From positions 953,982 to 1,017,981 of the forward strand of contig CAJINV010000011.1 in assembly GCA_905178155.1 (NCBI GenBank): a stretch of DNA of 64,000 bases, in the 5' to 3' direction. The notes below the pieces were generated by a model. That model worked only from the letters and a program-made list of their open reading frames with translations. It ran no database searches and was not told the origin of the DNA. Below are positions 23,001 through 34,700 of the stretch, one piece after another. This DNA comes from Amoebophrya sp. A120. Lineage: Eukaryota; Protista; Dinoflagellata. A program made the position numbers and the translations under genes. Positions within the stretch are counted from its first letter, which is position 1. Each line of letters opens with the position of its first letter.

Positions 23001-26000
23001 CCGATAAGATTGAAGATGCAGCACTCGGTAATCGTTGGCACAAAGCAGAGTGCGTGCTGGTGACGACCACCACGTCGACGACGAAAGACCCCTTTGCCGT
23101 AGTGGGGGTCGAGGGCGTGACACTTTCCTGTCCGCGATGCAGTACTAACGAAAACGGCACTCCAACAGGTAAAGCACATTTGGAGTGCGGAAGCGTTTGT
23201 ATTGCTAAGGACGAGTCTGGGACTGAAGATTGGGACAACGGCCCTCCCAAAATCCCATGTCCTGAGTGTCAGGTCAGCAGCCCCCTGTTCAAAGCCGGCT
23301 GCTGCGAATGGCAGGAAAGCCAAGGAGGATTTAACGAGTGGGGTCAAAACACTTGTAAAAATCTCAACCGCCTGTCGGAGAAGGGTTATCAGTTCCTGAG
23401 TCAAGGAACACAAGATGAGATAGAGAACAACAGCAAACAGTACTGGTCCTGCGTGGCGTACCCGAAGTGGTTGGATGAGCCGTCGTGTCTGGACGCAGAT
23501 ATGTGCGCCGGCGGGCTGGGAAAATGCGACAAGTGCTCTGGTGCGTTGGGGACTCCGGCGGGGGCGTGTTGCAAGCAGGGCGAAGGCGACACCTGGGAAA
23601 GCTTTCGAAATGGATGCAGCGCCGCGGTGAGCACGACGTTCCCCAACGCAGTGCGGCTCGAGGCGATCGGCCTGGAGGCAAAAGAAGAGTGCGTGGAGAT
23701 AGTTGCAGAGGAGTGTCGCGTCACTTCCAAAGAGACTATTGTATCTTGTGCAAGTTGTGTCTTATAGTCCTTCGACTTTGTAATTGCTGCTAGCTTGCAT
23801 GATACTAAGACAACGTGTTCTGCCCCTGCATGTGTTGTGACCGCGCTAACATTTTTTTTGGTCCAGCATGTTGAGTTTCATAGATAGGGTTAGGGATAGG
23901 CCAGCATCATGATAATCATATGGCCTTCTTCCTCAATATCCACAGAATTTTTACCGCCACCGCCAAAAATAGCAAAAAAGCATCGCTTTTTTTGAAAAAA
24001 AAATAAAAAAATTTCAGGTGCTACGTAGCAAGATTTGTCTGACGTAGTCTAGTAGTTCGAGGTAGCTAGTGACGTCCAGTGGAAGCGCATTAGGTAAATG
24101 AGGACAAACTAGCTAGGCCCAAACAGCGATCCGGGTGAAGAAGGCGACGCCCGAGTCCCGCAGCACCTGTTCGCCGCTGTAGACCACCGCGTGGCGACAT
24201 GGGAGGAAAGCGAAGGGCCTGGGATGATGGTTTTACGGGTTCGGAGTTGGTCATCTTCACTTGATGGCCTAGCTCAGCTGGCACAAAATTGTTGCTTGTC
24301 ATCTTTTGCGACAGGACAAATCGCAAAAAATTTCAGAAAAAATCAAAAAATGTGGGAGAGTAATGCTTTTTTCTGGCGGTAAAAATAATCACGGTGCTAG
24401 GGCCTCAAAATTTTTTTTTCAACATTTTTTTTGGTCCAGCATGTTGAGTTTCATAGATAGGGTTAGGGATAGGCCAGCATCATGATAGGTAAGAGAGGGA
24501 ATCAGACTTAGTAAACGGAATCAGACTAATGGAATCAGACTACAAGTGGAATCAGTATAGTAGAATCAGAATAATGAGTAGAATCAAGATACTAGAATCA
24601 GGCTGATGGGTAGAATCAGGAGAAGCGGAATCTGAATACGTCGACGAATGTGTTGGCCGCGCATTCTCCATCGTATGCATTCGAAATGCCTTCTCCCTAC
24701 AGGCATTTCTTTGGTCCGTCATGTTTTGCAGCTCCGCCTGGTCGCGCTGGTCTCCTCGCAACTGCGCCCACAGTAGTTCTTGAATGCTGTGCGTTGCGAT
24801 TGTACTTGGGGACTTGGTTTGCATGTTGGGTATGTGTGTCCGCGTAGCTGTTTCTGTTCGCTCCTCAGCGTACTTCATGCGCGACCACATTAAGACACGC
24901 GCCAGGAGTTTGTTATTCGCGACCCCGGTCGACAAGGTGAAATCTGAAGCAGCCAGGAAAAGCTCAATGGTTAGGAAAATAAGCGCCAACTATAGAAAAC
25001 AGGAACTAGAACTACGCCTATCGGCTGCTCTCTGTCTATTACTTCTCAGCGCTCCTACGTCGTTGCGCCCGTTGCTTCTAGGCTGCAACAGAAAAGTGCG
25101 CAAAAGCGCGATGCTTTGTGGGACCGGAATTGCCGGACTTAGCCGAAAAGCAGCTCTTTTTGGCGATTTTTGTTGAAAAATAAGGGGGGAACTCTCGCAA
25201 ATTTTTCAAAATCGGCTTCGTTTTTCGTGTTTTTACTTAGCGAAATCCGGTCGAGACAGGCCGAGGGCGATGGTAGGCGCCTCCTCACAGGACCGCAGAC
25301 GTGATGTGCCGCGTGTGCTCGCAGCTCGCTGCTGACCATTCGCCCCGGCGCCTCTGTTAGCCCCTTGCGTTGCTCTGTAACTAATGGCGCGCAGAAGCGC
25401 GGCGCTATATATGTGCCGCGGCCGCTGCATTCTTCCGGTTCCGATGCCTTCCACCCCGCCCTGCCTGTCCTGGTCTGTCTCCCCGCGTTCCGCCCCGGCG
25501 GCTACGATTTGGAGCTGCGCTCCAGGCCTTGCGCACCGGCTGACCAGGCGGCCCCCCCGCCTGTTCGGTGGGCCGCGCGCCTAGAAAGTTGCGCAGGTTC
25601 ATCGCCGCACGGGCCGGGGCCGTCGGCGGTTTTTGGGTGGGGCGACTCCACTCGCATTTGAAGTGGTTGGCACCGCAGCGGCGCAGGGTTGTCGGCTGGG
25701 ACTGCCTTGCGCCCCCAGGCGCCGCCTCCCGACCTAGCGGCAGCCAGCTTCCCGAGGGCGCAGCCATCTGTATGTCGCAGCAGGGCGGCTCCCGTAGGCT
25801 AGCGACCTGGCACCACCGATGCCTAGGGGAGGGGCGTGCCGGCGGCGTGGCCGACTTCCCGGCCCTTGTCCGCCTGTGAGCAGCGCCTCCCGGCACGAGC
25901 GGTGGCGCCTCGCACTGCCCAGATTCTTTGATTATGGGAGGCACCCACCCTCCCCTTTCATTCTCATACTCGCGCAGGGGAGTATGAAAGGTGTCCAGGT

Positions 26001-29000
26001 GCGTGGGGGGGGGGGAGAACGAAGACACGCCCCAGCGAATGGCGGGCGCGGGGCTTGTCGGGTGAGTGTTTGGCATGTGTAGGCATGTTGGCCGGCTTTC
26101 CGTGGCTCTGCGTTTTCCCAGCAGCCAACCGTGCGCGGGCGCAAGCAAAGCAAGGACTGGGTAATGCAGCACTAGCCTGATTCCACCAGTCTGATTCCAC
26201 TGGTAAAGCCGATCCCATATAGCCTGATTCCATAAATAAGTCTGATTCCGTAAATCCTTTAGTCTGATACCATCGACGACCATTTTTTTTGGTCCAGCAT
26301 GTTGAGTTTCATAGATAGGGTTAGGGATAGGCCAGCATCATGATAATCATATGGCCTTCTTCCTCAATATCCACAGAATTTTTACCGCCACCGCCAAAAA
26401 TAGCAAAAAAGCATCGCTTTTTTTGAAAAAAAAATAAAAAAATTTCAGGTGCTACGTAGCAAGATTTGTCTGACGTAGTCTAGTAGTTCGAGGTAGCTAG
26501 TGACGTCCAGTGGAAGCGCATTAGGTAAATGAGGACAAACTAGCTAGGCCCAAACAGCGATCCGGGTGAAGAAGGCGACGCCCGAGTCCCGCAGCACCTG
26601 TTCGCCGCTGTAGACCACCGCGTGGCGACATGGGAGGAAAGCGAAGGGCCTGGGATGATGGTTTTACGGGTTCGGAGTTGGTCATCTTCACTTGATGGCC
26701 TAGCTCAGCTGGCACAAAATTGTTGCTTGTCATCTTTTGCGACAGGACAAATCGCAAAAAATTTCAGAAAAAATCAAAAAATGTGGGAGAGTAATGCTTT
26801 TTTCTGGCGGTAAAAATAATCACGGTGCTAGGGCCTCAAAATTTTTTTTTCAACATTTTTTTTGGTCCAGCATGTTGAGTTTCATAGATAGGGTTAGGGA
26901 TAGGCCAGCATCATGATAGGTAAGAGAGGGAATCAGACTTAGTAAACGGAATCAGACTAATGGAATCAGACTACAAGTGGAATCAGTATAGTAGAATCAG
27001 AATAATGAGTAGAATCAAGATACTAGAATCAGGCTGATGGGTAGAATCAGGAGAAGCGGAATCTGAATACGTCGACGAATGTGTTGGCCGCGCATTCTCC
27101 ATCGTATGCATTCGAAATGCCTTCTCCCTACAGGCATTTCTTTGGTCCGTCATGTTTTGCAGCTCCGCCTGGTCGCGCTGGTCTCCTCGCAACTGCGCCC
27201 ACAGTAGTTCTTGAATGCTGTGCGTTGCGATTGTACTTGGGGACTTGGTTTGCATGTTGGGTATGTGTGTCCGCGTAGCTGTTTCTGTTCGCTCCTCAGC
27301 GTACTTCATGCGCGACCACATTAAGACACGCGCCAGGAGTTTGTTATTCGCGACCCCGGTCGACAAGGTGAAATCTGAAGCAGCCAGGAAAAGCTCAATG
27401 GTTAGGAAAATAAGCGCCAACTATAGAAAACAGGAACTAGAACTACGCCTATCGGCTGCTCTCTGTCTATTACTTCTCAGCGCTCCTACGTCGTTGCGCC
27501 CGTTGCTTCTAGGCTGCAACAGAAAAGTGCGCAAAAGCGCGATGCTTTGTGGGACCGGAATTGCCGGACTTAGCCGAAAAGCAGCTCTTTTTGGCGATTT
27601 TTGTTGAAAAATAAGGGGGGAACTCTCGCAAATTTTTCAAAATCGGCTTCGTTTTTCGTGTTTTTACTTAGCGAAATCCGGTCGAGACAGGCCGAGGGCG
27701 ATGGTAGGCGCCTCCTCACAGGACCGCAGACGTGATGTGCCGCGTGTGCTCGCAGCTCGCTGCTGACCATTCGCCCCGGCGCCTCTGTTAGCCCCTTGCG
27801 TTGCTCTGTAACTAATGGCGCGCAGAAGCGCGGCGCTATATATGTGCCGCGGCCGCTGCATTCTTCCGGTTCCGATGCCTTCCACCCCGCCCTGCCTGTC
27901 CTGGTCTGTCTCCCCGCGTTCCGCCCCGGCGGCTACGATTTGGAGCTGCGCTCCAGGCCTTGCGCACCGGCTGACCAGGCGGCCCCCCCGCCTGTTCGGT
28001 GGGCCGCGCGCCTAGAAAGTTGCGCAGGTTCATCGCCGCACGGGCCGGGGCCGTCGGCGGTTTTTGGGTGGGGCGACTCCACTCGCATTTGAAGTGGTTG
28101 GCACCGCAGCGGCGCAGGGTTGTCGGCTGGGACTGCCTTGCGCCCCCAGGCGCCGCCTCCCGACCTAGCGGCAGCCAGCTTCCCGAGGGCGCAGCCATCT
28201 GTATGTCGCAGCAGGGCGGCTCCCGTAGGCTAGCGACCTGGCACCACCGATGCCTAGGGGAGGGGCGTGCCGGCGGCGTGGCCGACTTCCCGGCCCTTGT
28301 CCGCCTGTGAGCAGCGCCTCCCGGCACGAGCGGTGGCGCCTCGCACTGCCCAGATTCTTTGATTATGGGAGGCACCCACCCTCCCCTTTCATTCTCATAC
28401 TCGCGCAGGGGAGTATGAAAGGTGTCCAGGTGCGTGGGGGGGGGGGAGAACGAAGACACGCCCCAGCGAATGGCGGGCGCGGGGCTTGTCGGGTGAGTGT
28501 TTGGCATGTGTAGGCATGTTGGCCGGCTTTCCGTGGCTCTGCGTTTTCCCAGCAGCCAACCGTGCGCGGGCGCAAGCAAAGCAAGGACTGGGTAATGCAG
28601 CACTAGCCTGATTCCACCAGTCTGATTCCACTGGTAAAGCCGATCCCATATAGCCTGATTCCATAAATAAGTCTGATTCCGTAAATCCTTTAGTCTGATA
28701 CCATCGACGACCATTTTTTTTGGTCCAGCATGTTGAGTTTCATAGATAGGGTTAGGGATAGGCCAGCATCATGATAATCATATGGCCTTCTTCCTCAATA
28801 TCCACAGAATTTTTACCGCCACCGCCAAAAATAGCAAAAAAGCATCGCTTTTTTTGAAAAAAAAATAAAAAAATTTCAGGTGCTACGTAGCAAGATTTGT
28901 CTGACGTAGTCTAGTAGTTCGAGGTAGCTAGTGACGTCCAGTGGAAGCGCATTAGGTAAATGAGGACAAACTAGCTAGGCCCAAACAGCGATCCGGGTGA

Positions 29001-30416
29001 AGAAGGCGACGCCCGAGTCCCGCAGCACCTGTTCGCCGCTGTAGACCACCGCGTGGCGACATGGGAGGAAAGCGAAGGGCCTGGGATGATGGTTTTACGG
29101 GTTCGGAGTTGGTCATCTTCACTTGATGGCCTAGCTCAGCTGGCACAAAATTGTTGCTTGTCATCTTTTGCGACAGGACAAATCGCAAAAAATTTCAGAA
29201 AAAATCAAAAAATGTGGGAGAGTAATGCTTTTTTCTGGCGGTAAAAATAATCACGGTGCTAGGGCCTCAAAATTTTTACCGCCACGACGCATTTTCTTCT
29301 AGAAAGTGCTCGTTTTTGACTCAAAAATCTCAGCATAGAACCGGTGGAATCTTTACCGCCACTTTTTCATTGATTTTCCATTAAAATCGTGGCGGTAAAA
29401 GTTCTACCGATGCTATGGTGGATTTGGAAAGTCAAAAAGTCGTCATTTTCTTTTAGAAATTGCCTCATGGCGGTAAAAATTTTGAGGCCATACCAACGTG
29501 ATTATTTTCACCGCCAGAAAAAAACATGACTTCGTGGAAAAAAGCAGATTTGGAAAAGTTCTGAGATCATTTCAGAAAAGTCTCAGCTTTCTCGAAAAAG
29601 TCGAAAACTGAGTGTGGCGGTAAAAGTAACACGATGCTACGGCCCCAGAAATTTTACCATCATGTTGAGTTGTGACCGCGCTAACATTTTTTTTGGTCCA
29701 GCATGTTGAGTTTCATAGATAGGGTTAGGGATAGGCCAGCATCATGATAATCCTATGGCCTTCTTCCTCAAATCCAGTACTAACGAGGGAGTTCTAATTT
29801 GCAACAAAGGGGCACAATGCAGGGGGCCCCAAAAATCTGCGTTTTATTATTGTCCGCCCCAGGTGGACTGTGACTGTGAGTGTGACCCAAGCCCAAGAGA
29901 GTAAGTACGTGTTGTCATGTGAGTACCGAAGATGGGTGGAACAATGGGTAATATCATGGCTCTTTGCTTTATTTCATATTTGAATTGTAGCGAGCGACAG
30001 CGACACATATTTGCACAGGATGCCGTGGCTCCTTTTACGACTGCCTGGACCCTGCCACGTGTGAGTCCGCGAATAATTGTGTGCTGGAGGCCAGAAGCGA
30101 GTGGCCGATGTGGTATTGGACGAAGAGACTACTCCTCGAGAACGAGAACCCTGCGAATTCGATTAGCTCCGTCGCCGCGACATCGTGTTATCAATATCTT
30201 GCCAATTATTTCAAGTTTTGTCACAATTTTAGTGACAATAGCCCCTTGAGTGCGACTTTAAATCTGAACTGCAAGCAGGCCGAAGTAAACTGCTATAACC
30301 AGATTAATAGCTTACGCAACAACTGCACTTCGCACCTTGAACTGTCCACGGAAAGCCGTGCGCGACTTAACGAAGTAGTGAACGATGCCGACAACAAATA
30401 TAACACCGCCTGCTAA
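17094..30416 (+). CDS. Large (~1920 aa) secreted Cys-rich repeat protein with a mucin-like N-terminus; exons ~17094-18626, 18869-19236, 19514-19573, 19857-21925, 22389-23741, 30028-30416
   Basis: Signal-peptide-like start and Thr-rich region. Three copies of a CPxC...GACCQ...YFSCVxMPxW...GACCxKG...ECV module and 3-4 copies of a CxCxNG...WPWN...CCxRKQTCTQP module. Hand-joined exons total 5772 nt and stay in frame. Confidence 0.75.
18627..18863. mobile_element. Inverted-repeat introner, TSD not preserved
   Basis: tatccagtgcaaaaaaacgac ... gtcgatttcttgcactggata interrupts the CDS; the frame is restored by removing the element plus 5 nt (or plus 2 nt). Confidence 0.8.
19574..19851. mobile_element. 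Degenerate inverted-repeat introner
   Basis: tatgagaatgaaatgtgcgatagttcatgatcaacggcga pairs with tcgtcgttgaacatgaactaggacaacttttcacttcgata; flanks atgct/caact; frame restored by element plus 5 nt. Confidence 0.7.
21926..22383. mobile_element. Degenerate inverted-repeat introner
   Basis: tatcattggtgaaatggtgt... / ...acaacttttcatctcgaca; flanks cgctg/cgcaa; joins ORF 19696 to ORF 22349 in frame. Confidence 0.6.
24488..26281. mobile_element. Cassette Y copy 1: 1.79-kb non-autonomous TIR-type element with subterminal repeats
   Basis: Ends GGTaagagagggaatcagact ... agtctgataccatcgacgACC; about 9 GAATCAG-type repeats on the left and about 6 inverted CTGATTCC-type repeats on the right. Confidence 0.75.
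26919..28712. mobile_element. Cassette Y copy 2
   Basis: Same sequence as 24488-26281 shifted by 2431 bp. Confidence 0.75.
29221..29531. repeat. ~310-bp imperfect palindrome built on TTTTACCGCCA/TGGCGGTAAAA motifs (full-length cassette X)
   Basis: agtaatgctttttttctggcggtaaaaataatcacg...ggcctcaaaatttttaccgcca mirrors tggcggtaaaaattttgaggcc...cgtgattattttcaccgccagaaaaaaacatgact; centre near 29375. Confidence 0.85.
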
Positions 30417-31785
30417 TAAAAATTGCCTTCAACATTCAGCACGTGTTTAGGGTTAAGTTCGAAGAAAAAAATATTTTTGCTCAAGCACTATTCCATGGCG
30501 GATAGAATTTTTTTGTACAAACCAATCACCTCTATTGTCGTGCTCAAGGCCCGTACGGTACGCAGCCACCCAAGGCAGCCAGCAAGACTTCCGATTCGTG
30601 AGTATCGTTATTACTATTCGAAGTATAAAGTACCCTTCATCTTGAGCTGGTTCCTTCTTGTTCGCGATGTGATATTACGATTACCTCTTGCTCAATTACT
30701 TCATTCTTAGCATCCCGAACCTCGAACAAATTATATTTTCATTTTTTCGGAAGATTATTTTCATTACCTGTGACGCCAACTGACAATTCAAATTCCGGCA
30801 AAGGATGCGCTTGTCTGTCGGTCTCGGAAAAACCGCCGCATGTACGAGCCTTTCATGCTGGTGTCGGTTCAACCTAGGGAATTGTTCGCAAAGGTGAAAA
30901 TAGTGCGTGTGTCATTGACACTTCACCGTAAAACGCGTCGAAAAGTCGCTAATACCGTTCGGTCCTACTCCTTACACAGGAGCAAGCGGCATATGATAAA
31001 TTAATACTCCTGAAATTCGGTTTTGATTTTCCCTTCGTCGTTGAGTTGCATTCCAGATGTTATGTTTTACTTCATGCGTGCCGGCGCTCACAGCCTAGCG
31101 GTCGTGTTTCGCGCTCTTGTGTCCAGCTGTCAAGTTCGGTCGATCTCGACGCAGATGTTACTTAACTACTTTACGATTTCGGTAAAAGCGAAAAAGAACG
31201 TAATCCAAAAATCTGTTGCTGTTGATATACCACCACAACTCGTCTCTGCGTTATTGCACCGTTCTCGTACATTGATTGTTGGTGTTTGACGTACCTTCGT
31301 ACCACGCTGGTGACGCAAGAGCACCACGTACACGCTTTTAACATCGTACGCGTACTACAGAACAAGCGACTAATTATGCATAAAAAGTGTATGTGTTTCG
31401 ATTTCGAACTTCTGATCACCATCCTCTCGAACAAACACGCATCAGGAGTAGCCATAGGTGGACTTCGACTTGCAGCTAGCAAAACCACAAGACTTGCACG
31501 AGTGTTGCTGCTAGTCCTAGTCGAGTCTTCTGCATCTTATCCCCTTTAATTCAACCCCCTTACAGCAGCAAGATCAAATTCACCCGATTATATTTACTCC
31601 TTATCAAATTCCTCTGGTTCTGACGACATCAAACTTACTACAAGGCATCTCGTTCAACATGCGTATTCTACGCCTAAGGACTTCTAAACTCTTATGAGGA
31701 CGAGGTTCGTCTGACGACTGAGGAAATTGATTCTTCGATTTGTTGCCGCCATTTTCAGGAATCGAAAACAACAAAAGCCGACAGT

Positions 31786-34700
31786 ATGCTCCTGCGCGGC
31801 GGGAGAAGTAGAGTCCCAGCCGCTGGCCGTTCATCTGGAGCAGTCACGACGATTCTTGCTGCAGCGCCCGGAACGACTCCTACTGCAAGTTTTCATCTCT
31901 CCAAGATCTCTACAACTACAGCCATCCTGTCGCTCGCCTTCGCACTTGTTCCCGCTACTGGGGAGAAGATGTTGACGGCAACCACCACATCTTCCGTCCT
32001 CCCGCACGCGCAGGCGGTGCCGACGTTTCTGGAGGCGCTGGTCCCGTGGAACGGTGGACCAGTGGAAATCGAGGTCACCGACCGCATTCGCTCCAAGAAG
32101 TTCAACCCGGCGTGCATTGATTGTCCGCTCTACTACGACCTCACCTACGAGCTGCGGCCGGCCACGCTGGCAGCTTTGAAGGTGCCACGTACTGCTGAAG
32201 ACGGAAAAGTAGAAAATCTCACAACTCCACCGGTCGAGGCGGTGGAGGATGTGCCGCTGGTGAACCCGTACGCCATCAACTACGGGGCCGGCCACGCGAA
32301 TCCCTGGATTCCGCGACTGGATTTCGAGCTAGTCCCGGCCCGAAACTTCTCTAACCCGGACGAGGAGGGGACGAATCCTGCCGGTGGCGAAGCAGGAGGA
32401 GATCCGGGTGTCAGGGTGAGCACGGTCGAGCAGCACGAGCGCAAGGACACGGAGTTTGACGAGGCACACCTGGATGGGACGCAGACCCAAATCGCCACCG
32501 ACGCTGCAAGAAATGTCAGGGCAGCGGAACCAGGACAAGGAGCGACGGCGTCAACATCGTCGTCTGGCTCCTCGTCGTCTGCTTTCCTCCAGCTCGCCGC
32601 GATGCAGAAAGCAGCCGCGCAGCAGCAGCAGCAGCATGAGCTTCACGAGCTAGAGATGAACAAGAGATTCAACAGGAGAGTCGCAGCTACTACGACGACG
32701 ACAATGAGAAACGGCAGGACCACCTCCACAGCACGAAGTAGTAGAAGCACTACTTCTGCAGTGGCATCGACGATGAAAATTCAGAAACAGCTCGTAAAAC
32801 AGCAGCAGGCCGCCGTCATCGCTGGGACGGCGCATGGTGAAAATTCCACGTCTAATGTTCTGCATTCAGTTGGAACAAATGGAACACATAACACCTCATC
32901 CAACAACGCGACGACCCCCGAACCCACCACGACCCTCCCCCCCGTCCCGCGCCCGGGGCTGTTGCACGAGGACTGGCACGTGGTGCCCTGCTCCGAGGCG
33001 GAGATCAGCTGCCCAGCCGCCCTACCCCTGTTACGGTCGGACGCGGACCCGCGGGCGCGGTGCCGGACCCCGGACGCGGACCTCGGGACAGACGACCCCG
33101 AGGAGCAGCGCGTGATCGACCAGGAGCGGGCGGAGTGCGTGGCCGCGTGCTGCGCCGCCCCGCAGGACTACGTGGACGCGGTGCCCGCGATCGAGCTGTG
33201 GCGCGTGCGCGGGTTCGCGGACCAGGACCTGCACTACAAGGGCCGGCTGCAGACGGACCAAACACGGCAAATCTGGAACGCGGAGAAGACGGCGGTGGAG
33301 GAGTGGATCACCGTGTACTCCGACGGCGCCTGCACCACCACGATCCACACCGGGGCGAAGTACTGCCAGGACGCAGGCGCCGCGGACCAGACCTTCGCAC
33401 TCCAAGACCCGGCCGGCGGCACCACGGAGCCGGCGAACTGCGACCTGTCCCTCCACGTCTGCCCGCGCCGGCTCCGCAGTCTGCGCGCGCCAGACCGCAT
33501 CCGCACCGCGATGATTGGGTTGTGGGACGAGGAGGCCGCGGCCGCGCAGGCGGCGGGACGCGAGAACCGCTATTTGGTCCCGGCGGAGGACAACGATGAG
33601 GATGAGGACAGCAGTTCAACATCCGAACAAACAGGAACAACCACAACGCCTCCCCCGCCGTCCCCGCGGCAGCCGTGCGGGGACATGCAGCTGTACCCGG
33701 TCTCGAACGTGGAGTGTGTGATGACGCGGGGCGCCGGGTGGCAGCCGTCCTGCCCCGCGCTCCCCTCGAGCGCGGCCTTCGGGGCGCAGGCGATCGAGTT
33801 CGACCCGGTGCCCGGCGGGGTCGACGAGAACGAATGCAAGAGCTTCCGGATCCCGGAGGGCGTGCGGGGTGGCGAGGCGGAGGGCACACGGAACTGCCGC
33901 GAACGGTGCAACGCCGTCCACGGCTGCAAATTTTTCTTCGTGTCGGAATTCGACGACGGGTGGGACGAGGGCCACGGCATCCAGTGCGTGTTGTACAACA
34001 ACTGCCCCACCGCCGCCACCTACGCCCCCTCGAACCCGCGCGTGCACCCGGGGCAGATCTACCAGTGCGTGGAGTCCGGCGGGACTATTACCTCCGTGCC
34101 CGCCCCCCTGCCGCCGGCGCCAGTCGTACTGGGTTCGCCGGGGACGGTGAATGCGCGTCTCATGTTCGACACCTTCGAATACTTGCGGCTGCACCCGCGC
34201 GCGAAGTCCCGTGACGTTTTTCAGCACCTGCCGGTCGCGAGCGCGCGGCTCTTGCTGGACGCGAAGAAGCGTCAATTTTGCGAGGAGTTGCACCTGCAGC
34301 CCGGCGTGCTGGACGAAAATTCGAGTGAGCAAGCGGACTTGGCCGCTGACCCGGTGCACGCGCAAAACGTGCAATTTGCCTACGACGGGAAGACGTCGAA
34401 GTGCAGCAACGTGCTGAAGACGAAGCAGTACGTGCTGATGGGCACGGTGATGGAGCACCGCGGGTCCGACACTCAGTTCCGGCAGGTGCATCACATGCAG
34501 GGGCACGCCTGCGCGCACGCGAAGGTGTTCCGCACCACCATTTCGGCCGCGCCGGAGCCGTTTTCCTTTTTCCTGCCCAACAAGCACCTCGCCGTCGTCA
34601 CCTGCGCGCGCGACGTGACCGACCAAAAGGGCGAGGCCCCGCTCCTCAGCCAGGTTAGTGCGGAGACGCGGGACCAGGTGCGGAGATTCATCAACAACGA

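Larger units (their letters stand above)
23850..29277. repeat. Tandem repeat, 2431-bp period, ~2.2 apparently identical copies
   Basis: Units 23850-26280, 26281-28711 and partial 28712-29277; the ORF track repeats with an exact 2431-bp offset. Confidence 0.95.
23834..29915. mobile_element. Compound non-coding insertion: six copies of 65-bp module A separating cassettes X and Y; 103-bp direct repeats at 23834-23936 and 29669-29771
   Basis: Module CATTTTTTTTGGTCCAGCATGTTGAGTTTCATAGATAGGGTTAGGGATAGGCCAGCATCATGATA at 23850, 24423, 26281, 26854, 28712 and 29685. Candidate target duplication is GTGTTGT (23832/29909) or CATGTG (23829/29916); the right boundary is uncertain. Confidence 0.75.
23742..30022. 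mobile_element. Inverted-repeat introner expanded by a ~6.1-kb nested array
   Basis: tatcttgtgcaagttgtgtc ... gacacatatttgcacaggatg; removing the element plus 5 nt gives ...CRVTSKETIG|SFYDCLDPATC in frame with ORF 30081. Confidence 0.7.

Noticed and set aside
23840-23866. Resemblance of accgcgctaacattttttttggtccag to the dinoflagellate spliced leader (DCCGTAGCCATTTTGGCTCAAG)
   Set aside because: Only CATTTT..GG is shared, there is no GCTCAAG, and no GT donor follows; it reads better as a 3' splice site.
23885-23895. Telomere-like TAGGGTTAGGG in module A
   Set aside because: Fewer than two full units; insufficient to call a telomeric tract or healing site.
25405-26283. 292-aa minus-strand ORF in cassette Y (and its copy at 27836-28714)
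   Set aside because: No transposase or other motif; it runs through the subterminal repeats and GC-rich DNA, so it is likely spurious.
23850-29749. CRISPR-like repeat-spacer array (module A)
   Set aside because: The repeat is 65 bp, the intervening segments are 0.5-1.8 kb and themselves duplicated, there are no cas genes, and the context is eukaryotic.
29863-29900. Candidate host exon AG|gtggactgtgac...agaga|GTAAGT
   Set aside because: It is not needed to restore the host frame and appears to lie within the nested insertion; it cannot be excluded without cDNA.
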